The notes below the pieces were generated by a model. It worked only from the letters and a program-made list of their open reading frames with translations, was not told where the DNA came from and made no database searches. From the IMG/VR virus record IMGVR_UViG_3300042691_044383, positions 1 through 64,000 of that record: DNA of 64,000 bases; one strand, given 5' to 3'. Position numbers and translations under genes: made by a program. The stretch comes from an uncultured virus (IMG/VR IMGVR_UViG_3300042691_044383) (taxonomy: Duplodnaviria; Heunggongvirae; Uroviricota; Caudoviricetes). Numbering within the stretch: the stretch's first letter is position 1; each line of letters begins with the position of its first letter. Below, piece by piece: positions 29,559-38,325 of this stretch.

Positions 29559-29949
29559 GATCAAACCTATCCCAATGCCAATAAACGAACTCTGCGACAG
29601 ACTAACGATCGCAGAACTGAAGATGGAACGCCTGTCCGAAACCGAAGTAGACAAAGAGCTCCTTTCGAAACAAATTAACTACTTGCGAGAAGGCGTCGAC
29701 AAAGACAATGCGCAGCTTCTGGATCTTGTTTCCCGCCTGAAGGAAATCAACGGGAAAATGTGGGATCTCGAGTACGACTTGCGAAAAGGGCTAGACCTGG
29801 AGCTAGGCCTAGCCGAAATCGGCAAACGCGCTGTCGCTATTCGGAACCACAACCGAAACCGGGTCGCCGTTAAAAACGAAATTACAAACCTGGTCCAACA
29901 GCCGGAGTTTGTCGATTGCAAAATGAACCACGCCAGCAGCCAACGCTAG
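29557..29949 (+). CDS. DUF6165/DUF4254-like helical protein
   Basis: EL.DRLTI..LK...L..IN..MWD.E..LR...N..R..K..I pattern; start ATG 29557 (or 29575). Confidence 0.7.
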   Translation: MIKPIPMPINELCDRLTIAELKMERLSETEVDKELLSKQINYLREGVDKDNAQLLDLVSRLKEINGKMWDLEYDLRKGLDLELGLAEIGKRAVAIRNHNRNRVAVKNEITNLVQQPEFVDCKMNHASSQR

Positions 29950-29963
29950 TTAAGTCAACTCGG

Positions 29964-30305
29964 TCACGACTTATTCGCCTTTTTCGGACAGCAAGCCGCT
30001 TGTAGGCTTTTGAATTTTTTGTCAGTGCCGGCAATAAGACGGTTGATCGCCAAAGCCCGTAAATAAACATCCGGTGTGTTCTCGTACAGCCAATTAATAC
30101 CTGCCTCGTAGAGACCTTGCGACTCAAACCAGGCGACAACGGGCGTCACGTCTTCCCAAGCAGAACTGATAAGAGTCATATACTGCGTGTGGTGATCTGC
30201 GGCAAGACGAAAAAGTTCCGTCGAATTTGAACATTCGAGCTTAGCTGCCAAATCGGGCGGCATCCCAGAAACGCAATCAAGACTTTTCTTTTTATAAGCA
30301 TGCAT
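29964..30305 (-). CDS. Hypothetical protein
   Basis: 113-aa ATG ORF convergent with DUF6165-like gene. Confidence 0.5.
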   Translation of the reverse strand: MHAYKKKSLDCVSGMPPDLAAKLECSNSTELFRLAADHHTQYMTLISSAWEDVTPVVAWFESQGLYEAGINWLYENTPDVYLRALAINRLIAGTDKKFKSLQAACCPKKANKS

Positions 30306-30348
30306 TTTATGACTTTCGTGGCTTCAAAATTGAGGCGTTTTATGCGGT

Positions 30349-30552
30349 TTACAGTGTTGCAGGTTTTTGAATTTCATAGGTGTCGTAAGCTTCAAACGAT
30401 TCCAGGGCCCCTTGCGGGTCCTCTTCCGAAAGGTTAGCTAACCTTCGCAAAGCTCCGGCGACCAACAGAGGAAGCGGAACATCCGCTGTGTCTTCAAAAT
30501 CGTGCTCAACACTGAAGCACACGGTAAACGCGGTGTTGTATTTCTTAACCAT
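30349..30552 (-). CDS. Small hypothetical protein
   Basis: ATG 30552 overlaps upstream stop. Confidence 0.5.
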   Translation of the reverse strand: MVKKYNTAFTVCFSVEHDFEDTADVPLPLLVAGALRRLANLSEEDPQGALESFEAYDTYEIQKPATL

Positions 30553-31114
30553 TGTCGCCTTCCAGAAGGTCATTACTGTTGAAAAGATTGTCAAATTCGG
30601 CATCGGATATGCCTTCTTGCCTCGCTGGAAAAATCTTTTCCAACAAACCCGGCGGCAGCGATTCAACCGGTACGACTCGCACTTCCCCACCTGCGCTGTC
30701 GCGAATCTCTTTGCATCTCGCTTCTCTTTTTTCTTTGTCCAGAAAAGCAGCCGTCAAAAAGAGAGAAGCCTTCCTGAGCAACGTAAGTCGCAGAAAAACG
30801 CAATTGGGGCTTTCCCATTGTTCTACTTCTTCGTTGTTTCGAACAATGTGGTCGTACGCAGTACGAATTTCCTGCATCGCGTTACAATTTGAAGCCAAAC
30901 AAGCGATTGCAAGCGTCTTGAAGTGCTCCAGCTTTTGCTGCTTCAAAAAAGAAAGATCCGGCAGAAACGGCTTAAACGGCGCGTTCGCCTCCTCAGCTTT
31001 AGCTTCAGCCCACTCCCGGTGCTCCTCCACCCAGTCGCCCAGCGACAGAAGTAAGGAATAAAGGCTGTCGGTGTTACAGCTAACTCGCGGGTACGGCGGT
31101 GATGTTATGTCCAT
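30545..31114 (-). CDS. Hypothetical protein
   Basis: ATG 31114 with GAGG SD. Confidence 0.6.
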   Translation of the reverse strand: MDITSPPYPRVSCNTDSLYSLLLSLGDWVEEHREWAEAKAEEANAPFKPFLPDLSFLKQQKLEHFKTLAIACLASNCNAMQEIRTAYDHIVRNNEEVEQWESPNCVFLRLTLLRKASLFLTAAFLDKEKREARCKEIRDSAGGEVRVVPVESLPPGLLEKIFPARQEGISDAEFDNLFNSNDLLEGDNG

Positions 31115-31239
31115 GTTTTCCTCTGTGTTAAAGTAAAAGCGTAACCTGTTAATACGGTAACGCGAAATTTCCAGTGCGACCAGCAGCACGTTTGTGTCAC
31201 TGGTCGCGTCAAATCAACAAACCGGCAGAAACAACTCGC

Positions 31240-33156
31240 CTAGCTCACTTTGATGCGAGCATAGTTCCATCTGTGAATACTCCCGGTTTCGCGTGGCCAA
31301 TTGCAGACAAAACGGATTCTTACGTGCGCAGGCAGCACTGCATACAGCATTCTCTTGACCCAGGCACATTCGTCTCTTTCGTCATCGTTCACCTCGACCT
31401 CGATCGGACCGTTAGCTAGGTCAGCGTAGGTCGGCTCGCGGTACTCTGGTTCCTTCGCGGTTTCGATTTTGCGAAGGTGAAAAATTTGATGCGATTCGTA
31501 TTCGTGATTGCTGACAGAAGTTCTTTCTTTCCAAGCACCGCCCCATTCTTGCAAGTCGCCCGGCATTGGTATCTCATGCGGTTCCAGCTCCCTCCACCCG
31601 TCAGGAATCGCAAGCGGACAACAGGTCACACCAATCGGTTTGGCTGGGTCGCAGACTTCGCCGACGCAATTCAACGGATCAGGGATCGAGCTATTCGGAG
31701 TTTCCGAAGGGTTAACCATTTTGTTGGCGTCGGCAATATGGTCGGCGGGAGCTTGTGCAGCCTCGATGAGTTCGAGGTGTCTGGCTTTAAGGTTAGACGA
31801 AATGAGGTTGTCTAGATCAAGCCGAACCGCGTATTCCCCGGCATCGCCATTAACGATAACGCCGACCTCATTGTCTCCATCCCTTCCAGGCCAGTTCACC
31901 CGCACTTTATCCCCGACCTTGGGGATCCACTCGGTAGGCTTTGCTTCGATCTTGCGACCGTCGAACGGATTCGGCTCATCAACCCACACTTCATCAATAT
32001 CGTCGAAGTATCCCGGCTTAACGGTCGAACTCTTCGGAGTTTCCGAAGGGTTGGCGGCCTCGATGAGTTCGAGATCGTCGGCCTTTAGGTTACACAAAGT
32101 GAAACCTTCGCTCTCCATCCGCACCGCATACTCATAGCCCGGCAGGTCGACAATAATGCCAAACTTACCGTTCACACCCACCCTGCCCGTCCTAACTACC
32201 CGCACCTTATCGCCAATCTTGGGAATCCACTCGGTTGGCTGTTGCGGTTCGACCCAAACACCCTGTATTTCATTTGGAAAGACTTCGTTGGGGCCGGGTT
32301 TCTGTTTTTCCGAAACCCAAGGGCTGCTGGATTCTGGAACCGAACTATTCGGAGTTTCCGAAGTGTCGATGCCTTGCGACTGTTCTTCCTTGATTCTCGC
32401 GAATCTCCAAAGATGGCAAATGTGCTTTGCGTCTTTTCCTTCGGTAGAGCAAACAAACTCCCCCATGTCATTTCGGTCGTAGCAGTCAACAGGGAGAGCT
32501 ACAACCGCCACCAAAGTCCGCTCAACCCACCTGGCATCACAATGTCGGATGTCTTCGGAATCTCGCACCTCGACTTGCTTTCCTGCGTCTCCTGGATGCG
32601 GCGTGCGGTAGCCTTCGCCCGGATCCGGTATCGAACCATTCGGAGTTTCCGAGGGGTTCGCTGGTTCGATTTTGCGAATGTGGCGAGCTGCGGAGTACAA
32701 GTACATGCTCGACGAACCATCCCCCCTGGCCAGCCAGGCACCTGTGCTGTCATTCATGTCGCTTGCTTTCGGAACCTCATGGGCCAACAACTCTCGCCAT
32801 CCTTCGGGTATTGGAATCGCCTGACGGTTCTCAGCCCATTTATTCGGAGTTTCCGTGTGCCCCTTTGGCGGTTGAGCTGATTCCAGCACAACTTTCTTTG
32901 CTTCAGAATACTTCCGCGCAAATTCCGACACGAACTCATCGCTCAAAAGCAGTTCGCGAACGTTACTGACAGTAGCTAGACGCACGTCCTTGGAAAAGTC
33001 ACGCACCGAGCTCAGCTCATAATCTTTGTAGCAAAGCAGCTCTCCGTTCTCGAATCGTACGTTGTACATGCGATCAGCTGTTCTTTGGTTTTCAACCTTG
33101 CCAACCCTGCTGTTGCTCACGACAACGACCTCATCACCAACCTTAAAACCGCTCAT
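31240..33156 (-). CDS. Mosaic multi-module protein 1 (KOW/SH3-like and other repeats joined by NPSETPNS linkers)
   Basis: Repeated WIPK.GDKVRV, IP.GWREL and EVEV.D..W..R modules; five ETP(N/K) linkers. Confidence 0.75.
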   Translation of the reverse strand: MSGFKVGDEVVVVSNSRVGKVENQRTADRMYNVRFENGELLCYKDYELSSVRDFSKDVRLATVSNVRELLLSDEFVSEFARKYSEAKKVVLESAQPPKGHTETPNKWAENRQAIPIPEGWRELLAHEVPKASDMNDSTGAWLARGDGSSSMYLYSAARHIRKIEPANPSETPNGSIPDPGEGYRTPHPGDAGKQVEVRDSEDIRHCDARWVERTLVAVVALPVDCYDRNDMGEFVCSTEGKDAKHICHLWRFARIKEEQSQGIDTSETPNSSVPESSSPWVSEKQKPGPNEVFPNEIQGVWVEPQQPTEWIPKIGDKVRVVRTGRVGVNGKFGIIVDLPGYEYAVRMESEGFTLCNLKADDLELIEAANPSETPKSSTVKPGYFDDIDEVWVDEPNPFDGRKIEAKPTEWIPKVGDKVRVNWPGRDGDNEVGVIVNGDAGEYAVRLDLDNLISSNLKARHLELIEAAQAPADHIADANKMVNPSETPNSSIPDPLNCVGEVCDPAKPIGVTCCPLAIPDGWRELEPHEIPMPGDLQEWGGAWKERTSVSNHEYESHQIFHLRKIETAKEPEYREPTYADLANGPIEVEVNDDERDECAWVKRMLYAVLPAHVRIRFVCNWPRETGSIHRWNYARIKVS

Positions 33157-33159
33157 TTT

Positions 33160-33423
33160 TCACCCCGCTATTAACAAGTAGACAACAACCGAAACCAAAA
33201 CGAAACCGAAAAACAATCCGCAAGAAATAAAACCGTTTGCGAACGCTTGAAACCTGGAAGAAAAAAGCAGAGACTTTATATACTCGCATTCTTCTCGAAG
33301 CTTCTCGTTTTCTTCTCGTAGACTTTTAAGTTCGTTTGAGTCCTCCTGAATCACCCTCGCCGCAATCGGCCCGAGCATTCTCAGGTCTTGCATTCTGTAG
33401 TCGTGGTGCTTATCCCAACTCAT
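33160..33423 (-). CDS. Small coiled-coil protein with C-terminal transmembrane helix
   Basis: ATGA-coupled; hydrophobic tail. Confidence 0.6.
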   Translation of the reverse strand: MSWDKHHDYRMQDLRMLGPIAARVIQEDSNELKSLREENEKLREECEYIKSLLFSSRFQAFANGFISCGLFFGFVLVSVVVYLLIAG

Positions 33424-33743
33424 GCTTCACCCCCTTGATACATAATCTCCAATCCGATCCAAACTGCGACGGCGTGCTCCGCCCTCGCTCCCTTCGACTG
33501 CTCCCATCCGCGAAGCATGTAGATTGCGTCGCATCCAACGAGATTACTAACAAGCACCGAAGCAATTTCGTTGAGTGGCGTTGATTCGTCCCAGCATTCA
33601 TCGTTTGCAATAAAATGCGGAACAGTGACAAAGACGCTCCACTCCTTCTCAGAACGCAACAATCTAAGCCTTGCCGATTCAAACGCTTCGCGGTTCAAAC
33701 CCTCTATCCCCTTCATCGGCCCAGAAATGTAAATTCGTTTCAC
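33420..33743 (-). CDS. DUF4406/DUF1937 (nucleoside deoxyribosyltransferase-like) protein
   Basis: RIYISGPM.G, CDAIYML.GWEQSKGA..E. Confidence 0.85.
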   Translation of the reverse strand: MKRIYISGPMKGIEGLNREAFESARLRLLRSEKEWSVFVTVPHFIANDECWDESTPLNEIASVLVSNLVGCDAIYMLRGWEQSKGARAEHAVAVWIGLEIMYQGGEA

Positions 33744-34018
33744 TATCTCCCCCAGTTCATTTCGTAAAGTTCTTCACGTTTCTCTTGCGTAAATTCTAGC
33801 AACGCATCTGCTATCTCCTCGCAAATTTTGATTATCGCGTTGCCGTTCATTCCTTGCACAACCGTCTCGTGCTCTCGCATTGACCGCATGCAAAAATAGA
33901 TGCTTTCGTCGTCGATGTTGCCATCGTCCAAAACGATATGCAACGGCCCGCCAACTCCGCATTCCGGCACCGCGTAAAGTTCGCGGATCAACTCGGTTAA
34001 TTGTTGCTCAACCATCAT
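33743..34018 (-). CDS. Hypothetical phage protein
   Basis: GGPLHIVLDDGN motif; coupled on both sides. Confidence 0.65.
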   Translation of the reverse strand: MMVEQQLTELIRELYAVPECGVGGPLHIVLDDGNIDDESIYFCMRSMREHETVVQGMNGNAIIKICEEIADALLEFTQEKREELYEMNWGR

Positions 34019-35751
34019 TTTGCGGCCTCGACGAGTTCAAGGTCTTCAAATCGAAACCAGTCAGCATAGCCACCATCCTTAGAAACAGAATGAAAATACG
34101 CCCAGCGAGTGTTTGGATTCAATGAACGCACAATCCCGACTGCGGGAGTAACATCAGCTACGCCAACCACCCGCACCTTATCGCCCACCCTGGGAATCCA
34201 TTGGGCAGGCTCGATCTTGCGACGGTAGTAGCACTTATCCTGCTCCGCAATGTCGTCGTTAGCTCTCACTGACGGCTGCCATTCTCCTTTGCTGTGGAAA
34301 TCGTCGCCCGGCTGTAAATCCTCCGGTGGCTCTTTGCTTAGCAACCGATAGCCTTCGCCAGGATCGGGCTTCGAACTATCCGGAGTTTCCGGAAGGTTAG
34401 ATGGTTCGATGAGCTGGAGGTCTTTTGCCTCAAGTTCATACGACGTAAGCTTTGCGTTTAAAACACGCACTGCGTACTCTCCTTTCGTATCTTCAACGAT
34501 GACTCCAGCTAAGCCGGTAACACGCCTGTCCGGTTTTATCACCCGCACCTTATCGCCCACCCTGGGAATCCACTCGGTAGGCGCCGAACTGTTCGGGATT
34601 TCCGAAGGATTGACCATTTTGTTGACGTCGGCAATATGGTCGGCAGGGGCTTCTGCAGGTTCAAGCCAATCGAAATCAAACTGCCAATGGTAGTAGCCTT
34701 CTCGCGTGAAACCTGCAATGGTCGCGAATCCGCGATCCACGTTGACTGCGGAAACACAACCAATCTTGTGATTGTAAAGGTCCATCTGCTCGTTCCAATA
34801 CTTCCTTCGACCGGGATTGCCTACATGCTTGTTGACCTTCACCCAGTCACCGGTCTTCGGAACCCACTCGGCAGGCACGGCAGGCTCAAGCTTTCTCCGG
34901 TAATATCGTCCGGCAGACTGCGGACCGCCAACAGTTTTCCAGCCATCGGATTCGATCCATTTCTGGGAAAGCGTTACCCAAATGTCATCACCCTTAATCG
35001 TTTGCTCCGAAGGATCTTTGCTTAGCAACCGATAGCCTTCGCCCGGATCTGGCGCCCAACTGTTCGGAGTTTCCGAAGGGTTCGCGGCCTCGATCAGTTG
35101 GAGATCTTTTGCTTCAATTCCTGTCGACCTAAAGAAACCGCAAATGCTACTGACGACATACCCCTCGCTGTATTTGCCTTCCACAAGGCACTCAAGCCCG
35201 CTCACAGCCCGCCCCGGTATGGAAACCCACACCTTGTCGCCGATCTTTGGAATCCAAGTCGAGCTGTTCGGAGTTTCCGAAGGGTTGGCGGTTTCGGCGG
35301 TTTCGATCTTGCGACGATAGTAGTATGACGGAGCTTGCTGACGGGTTTCGTGCACGAATTCTGCAATCTCAACCCACTCCCCCTTTAATTTCTGCCAGAA
35401 TTCATCGCCCTCCCGCACAGGTTCCGGTGGCTCTTTGCTCAGCAACCGATAGCCCGGCCCTGGATCGGGAATCAAACTATTCGGAGTTTCCGAAGGGTTG
35501 GCGGTTTCGATTTTGCGAATATGGCGAACTTCGTACAATTCGTAGGCCTTACTGCCAACAGATTTCCGCGCACGCCAAGCACCCAGCTGTTCCGCCATAT
35601 CCCCCAATCTTGGCACCTCATCCGGCGACAACTCCCGCCACCCCTCAGGTATTACGAGCGGTTGCTCGCAGGTCTGCGACACGGAATCGCTTTCGATGAG
35701 CAGAGCAATAGCTTTTAAATACTCAGCAATTTTACGGTTTCTTTCTGACAT
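34015..35751 (-). CDS. Mosaic multi-module protein 2, sharing modules with 31240-33156
   Basis: Three PDPG.GYRLLSK modules, four W.P..GD.V modules, five palindromic linkers; ATG 35751 in TGATG overlap. Confidence 0.75.
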   Translation of the reverse strand: MSERNRKIAEYLKAIALLIESDSVSQTCEQPLVIPEGWRELSPDEVPRLGDMAEQLGAWRARKSVGSKAYELYEVRHIRKIETANPSETPNSLIPDPGPGYRLLSKEPPEPVREGDEFWQKLKGEWVEIAEFVHETRQQAPSYYYRRKIETAETANPSETPNSSTWIPKIGDKVWVSIPGRAVSGLECLVEGKYSEGYVVSSICGFFRSTGIEAKDLQLIEAANPSETPNSWAPDPGEGYRLLSKDPSEQTIKGDDIWVTLSQKWIESDGWKTVGGPQSAGRYYRRKLEPAVPAEWVPKTGDWVKVNKHVGNPGRRKYWNEQMDLYNHKIGCVSAVNVDRGFATIAGFTREGYYHWQFDFDWLEPAEAPADHIADVNKMVNPSEIPNSSAPTEWIPRVGDKVRVIKPDRRVTGLAGVIVEDTKGEYAVRVLNAKLTSYELEAKDLQLIEPSNLPETPDSSKPDPGEGYRLLSKEPPEDLQPGDDFHSKGEWQPSVRANDDIAEQDKCYYRRKIEPAQWIPRVGDKVRVVGVADVTPAVGIVRSLNPNTRWAYFHSVSKDGGYADWFRFEDLELVEAAK

Positions 35752-36653
35752 CAGTCTTTCCTCTTTTGAAAACGAATTAAATTCTGATCCCGAAAACAAT
35801 CGTGAACCGTCCGAAAAACAAGCTTCGCGTCCGGAGTGAAAAACGGTTCCCAGCGGAACGCAAAAAGCTGTTGCATAACGGAGCGCAAACGGGCCTCACG
35901 CTCTTCCGGACTCAAACCAACCAACGAAGCGTAAGGCACCGACGTTAGTTTTAACGCCTCACGCTTTTTACGGAAGACATCCAGCCCGTTGCCATCCGCC
36001 GGAACCACGTGCAGTCCAACGTGGAAAATCACCGGAAGGTACTCGAACCTTTTAATCCGACCGCGAATCTCCTCGGGTTCCGCCAGCAGTTTGCGTTCGT
36101 AAAAAGGCACTGCAACTTGCACACTAAAAGCGGCTTTCGTCCACCCGTGCGGACCCGTTCTACGGGAAAAGAACGGTAGACCATCTTCGAAGGAACACTT
36201 ACGAGACCAGCCGATCAGCATCGAATTAGCTAAAACAGATTCGCCGAGCGACATAACACCCTCATAAACAGGGATTAATCGCAGTCGAACAAAACAAAAC
36301 GGGCAAGTTTTAGGGTTTCCACAGTGAAACAGCGGCGAAGGCGTGTAGCTGCAACCAGGAGCAGGGCAATTGCACTGCCGCACCAGTTTAAGAAACTCAC
36401 CTTTGAAATCCGTGGAGTCAATCGAAGACGGCTCAACACCCAGTTCATCGGCTTCTCGTTGCGCACGCTTACGGCGAACGTTTAACGCAGCAACGTAAGA
36501 CTTAAGCTGCAAGCGATAACGGTACTGAAACATTAGAACACGGTGAAAAGCTTTTCGCTTTCGATTCAAGTGCAGCACACAAGAAGAAAGCAGCTTGTAA
36601 GGTAAACAAAACCTAGACGGTTGGTATTTGATTGTTTTGCAATAACCGGGCAA
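35751..36653 (-). CDS. Basic Zn-finger protein, possibly Rep-like
   Basis: CNC...C...CGNPKTCPFC cluster and FHVGLH; start uncertain (TTG 36653 or ATT 36671). Confidence 0.5.
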   Translation of the reverse strand: MPGYCKTIKYQPSRFCLPYKLLSSCVLHLNRKRKAFHRVLMFQYRYRLQLKSYVAALNVRRKRAQREADELGVEPSSIDSTDFKGEFLKLVRQCNCPAPGCSYTPSPLFHCGNPKTCPFCFVRLRLIPVYEGVMSLGESVLANSMLIGWSRKCSFEDGLPFFSRRTGPHGWTKAAFSVQVAVPFYERKLLAEPEEIRGRIKRFEYLPVIFHVGLHVVPADGNGLDVFRKKREALKLTSVPYASLVGLSPEEREARLRSVMQQLFAFRWEPFFTPDAKLVFRTVHDCFRDQNLIRFQKRKD

Positions 36654-36709
36654 CTTTCCAGTAGCTTTAATGCTGACCTCCTCCCAGAATTAGCAGGACG
36701 AATCCTGCC

Positions 36710-36999
36710 ATGTGCTTTTATCCATATTTCCATTATCCTAACGGATAATAGAAACCCAAAAACCGAGTAGTTCCGATTATTATTATTATTTATATCCTTT
36801 CTTGTGGCGTAAGAAACACGTCTTTGGGTAGCTGCCTTTAGCCCAAAATAAGCTTTACAGGCGGTAGTGTTCTTTATTGACCATGGCAGAAGCTGCGGCT
36901 GCTGCTTAGACGACAGAACGACACAGCAGAACGCCTATACGAGTACAATCGCGTTTTCATTTATCCGTTAGGATAATGAAAATATGGATAAGCGCACAT
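36710..36999. repeat. ~45-bp imperfect inverted repeats flanking ~200 bp non-coding DNA (candidate origin or regulatory element)
   Basis: Arms 36710-36755 and 36953-36999, each containing TTATCC-N4-GGATAA; ATT run at about 36776-36792. Confidence 0.85.
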
Positions 37000-37015
37000 T
37001 GCAGAAAAAGCTGCG

Positions 37016-37315
37016 TTAATTCTGCTCTAGCTTTTGAAGATTTACTAATCGACTGGCGAACACGCAGATCTGCGGCCAGTCCTCGTTGCTGACGTTTCCT
37101 ACGTATTGATTTACCAACTGCGGCGATAGCGAAGGCACTTTTACGGTTCTTCCGAGCATGTGCTCGTCACCAGGGCGGAACCCTTGGCTGTATAGCCACC
37201 GCTCAAACTTGAACTCTAAATCGTTGACGTAGTAGTCCGGTCTGAACATCGACGGCTGGCGTCCCTTTTTACGGGATTGAATCACCATCCGCTTTACCTC
37301 GTCGTTGACCTTCAT
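37016..37315 (-). CDS. Hypothetical protein
   Basis: 99-aa ATG ORF with purine-rich SD. Confidence 0.6.
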   Translation of the reverse strand: MKVNDEVKRMVIQSRKKGRQPSMFRPDYYVNDLEFKFERWLYSQGFRPGDEHMLGRTVKVPSLSPQLVNQYVGNVSNEDWPQICVFASRLVNLQKLEQN

Positions 37316-37358
37316 AACATCCCTTTCTAGGCCCCTGGGAGCCCGCTGGAAGTGTTTT

Positions 37359-37706
37359 TCACTGCTTGGGCTGCACAGGGGCGGTTTTCCGCTTCTGTGC
37401 GTCTAATCGCTTCTTGGCGGTCTGTATTTGAACCTCGTCGCTTTCGTTCAACCTGTGCGCAACGCAGAGGCTGTCTAAAAACGCTCGCAAGGTCTGAATC
37501 GTGATTTGCCCCAGGTTGGGAATGCTCATCAGGTCCGCGACCGTTTTTGCGGTCAGATCTCGGATAGTACATATCCCGTGCTTCTCCAGTGTGTTCTGCG
37601 TTCGCAGCGTCAGCTGGGTGTTGGCCAGAGATTCGTCGAGCACATCCGGGATTTGAACTTGCTGGTATTGCTTTTTACGGGAAGCAGGCCCGCCTTTTAC
37701 TTTCAT
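37359..37706 (-). CDS. Stand-alone RNA polymerase alpha subunit C-terminal domain-like protein
   Basis: L..LTLRTQNTLEKHGICTIRDL....DLMSIPNLG matches the alpha-CTD HhH pattern. Confidence 0.85.
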   Translation of the reverse strand: MKVKGGPASRKKQYQQVQIPDVLDESLANTQLTLRTQNTLEKHGICTIRDLTAKTVADLMSIPNLGQITIQTLRAFLDSLCVAHRLNESDEVQIQTAKKRLDAQKRKTAPVQPKQ

Positions 37707-37737
37707 GTGTGTCCCTTGTTGTCCTTTTGAAACTCAA

Positions 37738-38001
37738 TCACTGCTCTACCGCGGTAAATGATCCGTGGAAAACGATACGCTTCCCGTCCGGTGTAGCGTA
37801 TTCGACGTAATTGCCGGTTAGCGTGACTTGCTTGAGCGATTCGAAGCTTTGGCCGTCAGCGTGGACTGTCCACTTTTTGTTGGAACTTGTAAAAGAACTC
37901 CAAGCCGCTAGGCTAAACCCTGTTATCATGAGCCCAACGCCTATGATGAAAAACAACGCCGTGGAAGCTTCAACAGACATTTCTTTGGAAGACCTACGCA
38001 T
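37738..38001 (-). CDS. Small membrane-anchored protein
   Basis: One N-proximal hydrophobic helix; GGAG SD. Confidence 0.6.
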   Translation of the reverse strand: MRRSSKEMSVEASTALFFIIGVGLMITGFSLAAWSSFTSSNKKWTVHADGQSFESLKQVTLTGNYVEYATPDGKRIVFHGSFTAVEQ

Positions 38002-38009
38002 TTTTGCTC

Positions 38010-38306
38010 CTAACTTACTACTGGTTTGATTTTGGCTAAAAGCTCGAGCATCACAGCTTCAACTTCTTCTTCGGTTGCCAGCTGTAATTTCAAGTGACGT
38101 TCGCGAGCCTTTTTGTCCCTATCCGCGAGACCGCGTAGCTCGTACGCAAACGGATCAATGGCAGTTTGCCACGTTCTCTTGCCCTTTTCGCACTTGTAAG
38201 TTGCAAAACGCCATTCCACTGCGTCGGAATAAACACCTAAACTTAAGAGCACTTCTATCTTGACGCGACTTCCGTCGTCGCGTCGTATAATTTTTTCGTG
38301 TTTCAT
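38010..38306 (-). CDS. Hypothetical protein
   Basis: ATG 38306 with AGGA SD. Confidence 0.6.
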   Translation of the reverse strand: MKHEKIIRRDDGSRVKIEVLLSLGVYSDAVEWRFATYKCEKGKRTWQTAIDPFAYELRGLADRDKKARERHLKLQLATEEEVEAVMLELLAKIKPVVS

Positions 38307-38325
38307 CTTTGTTCCTAAAGCAAAA

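Larger units (their letters stand above)
31694..35494. repeat. Ten dispersed in-frame palindromes, core TTCGGAGTTTCCGAA
   Basis: Cores start at 31694, 32033, 32348, 32639, 32843, 34379, 34592, 35063, 35267, 35480. Confidence 0.9.

Noticed and set aside
29559..29654. N-terminal extension of sbcD in the ORF track
   Set aside because: Antisense to the DUF6165-like gene; the phosphoesterase motif starts right after ATG 29558
31694..35494. Palindromic repeats as a CRISPR array
   Set aside because: Spacings are 204-471 bp, variable, in frame and protein-coding; no cas1/cas2 or leader
36880..36945. Low-complexity GCAG/GACA stretch as a short-period guide array
   Set aside because: No consistent period or recurring conserved motif by eye
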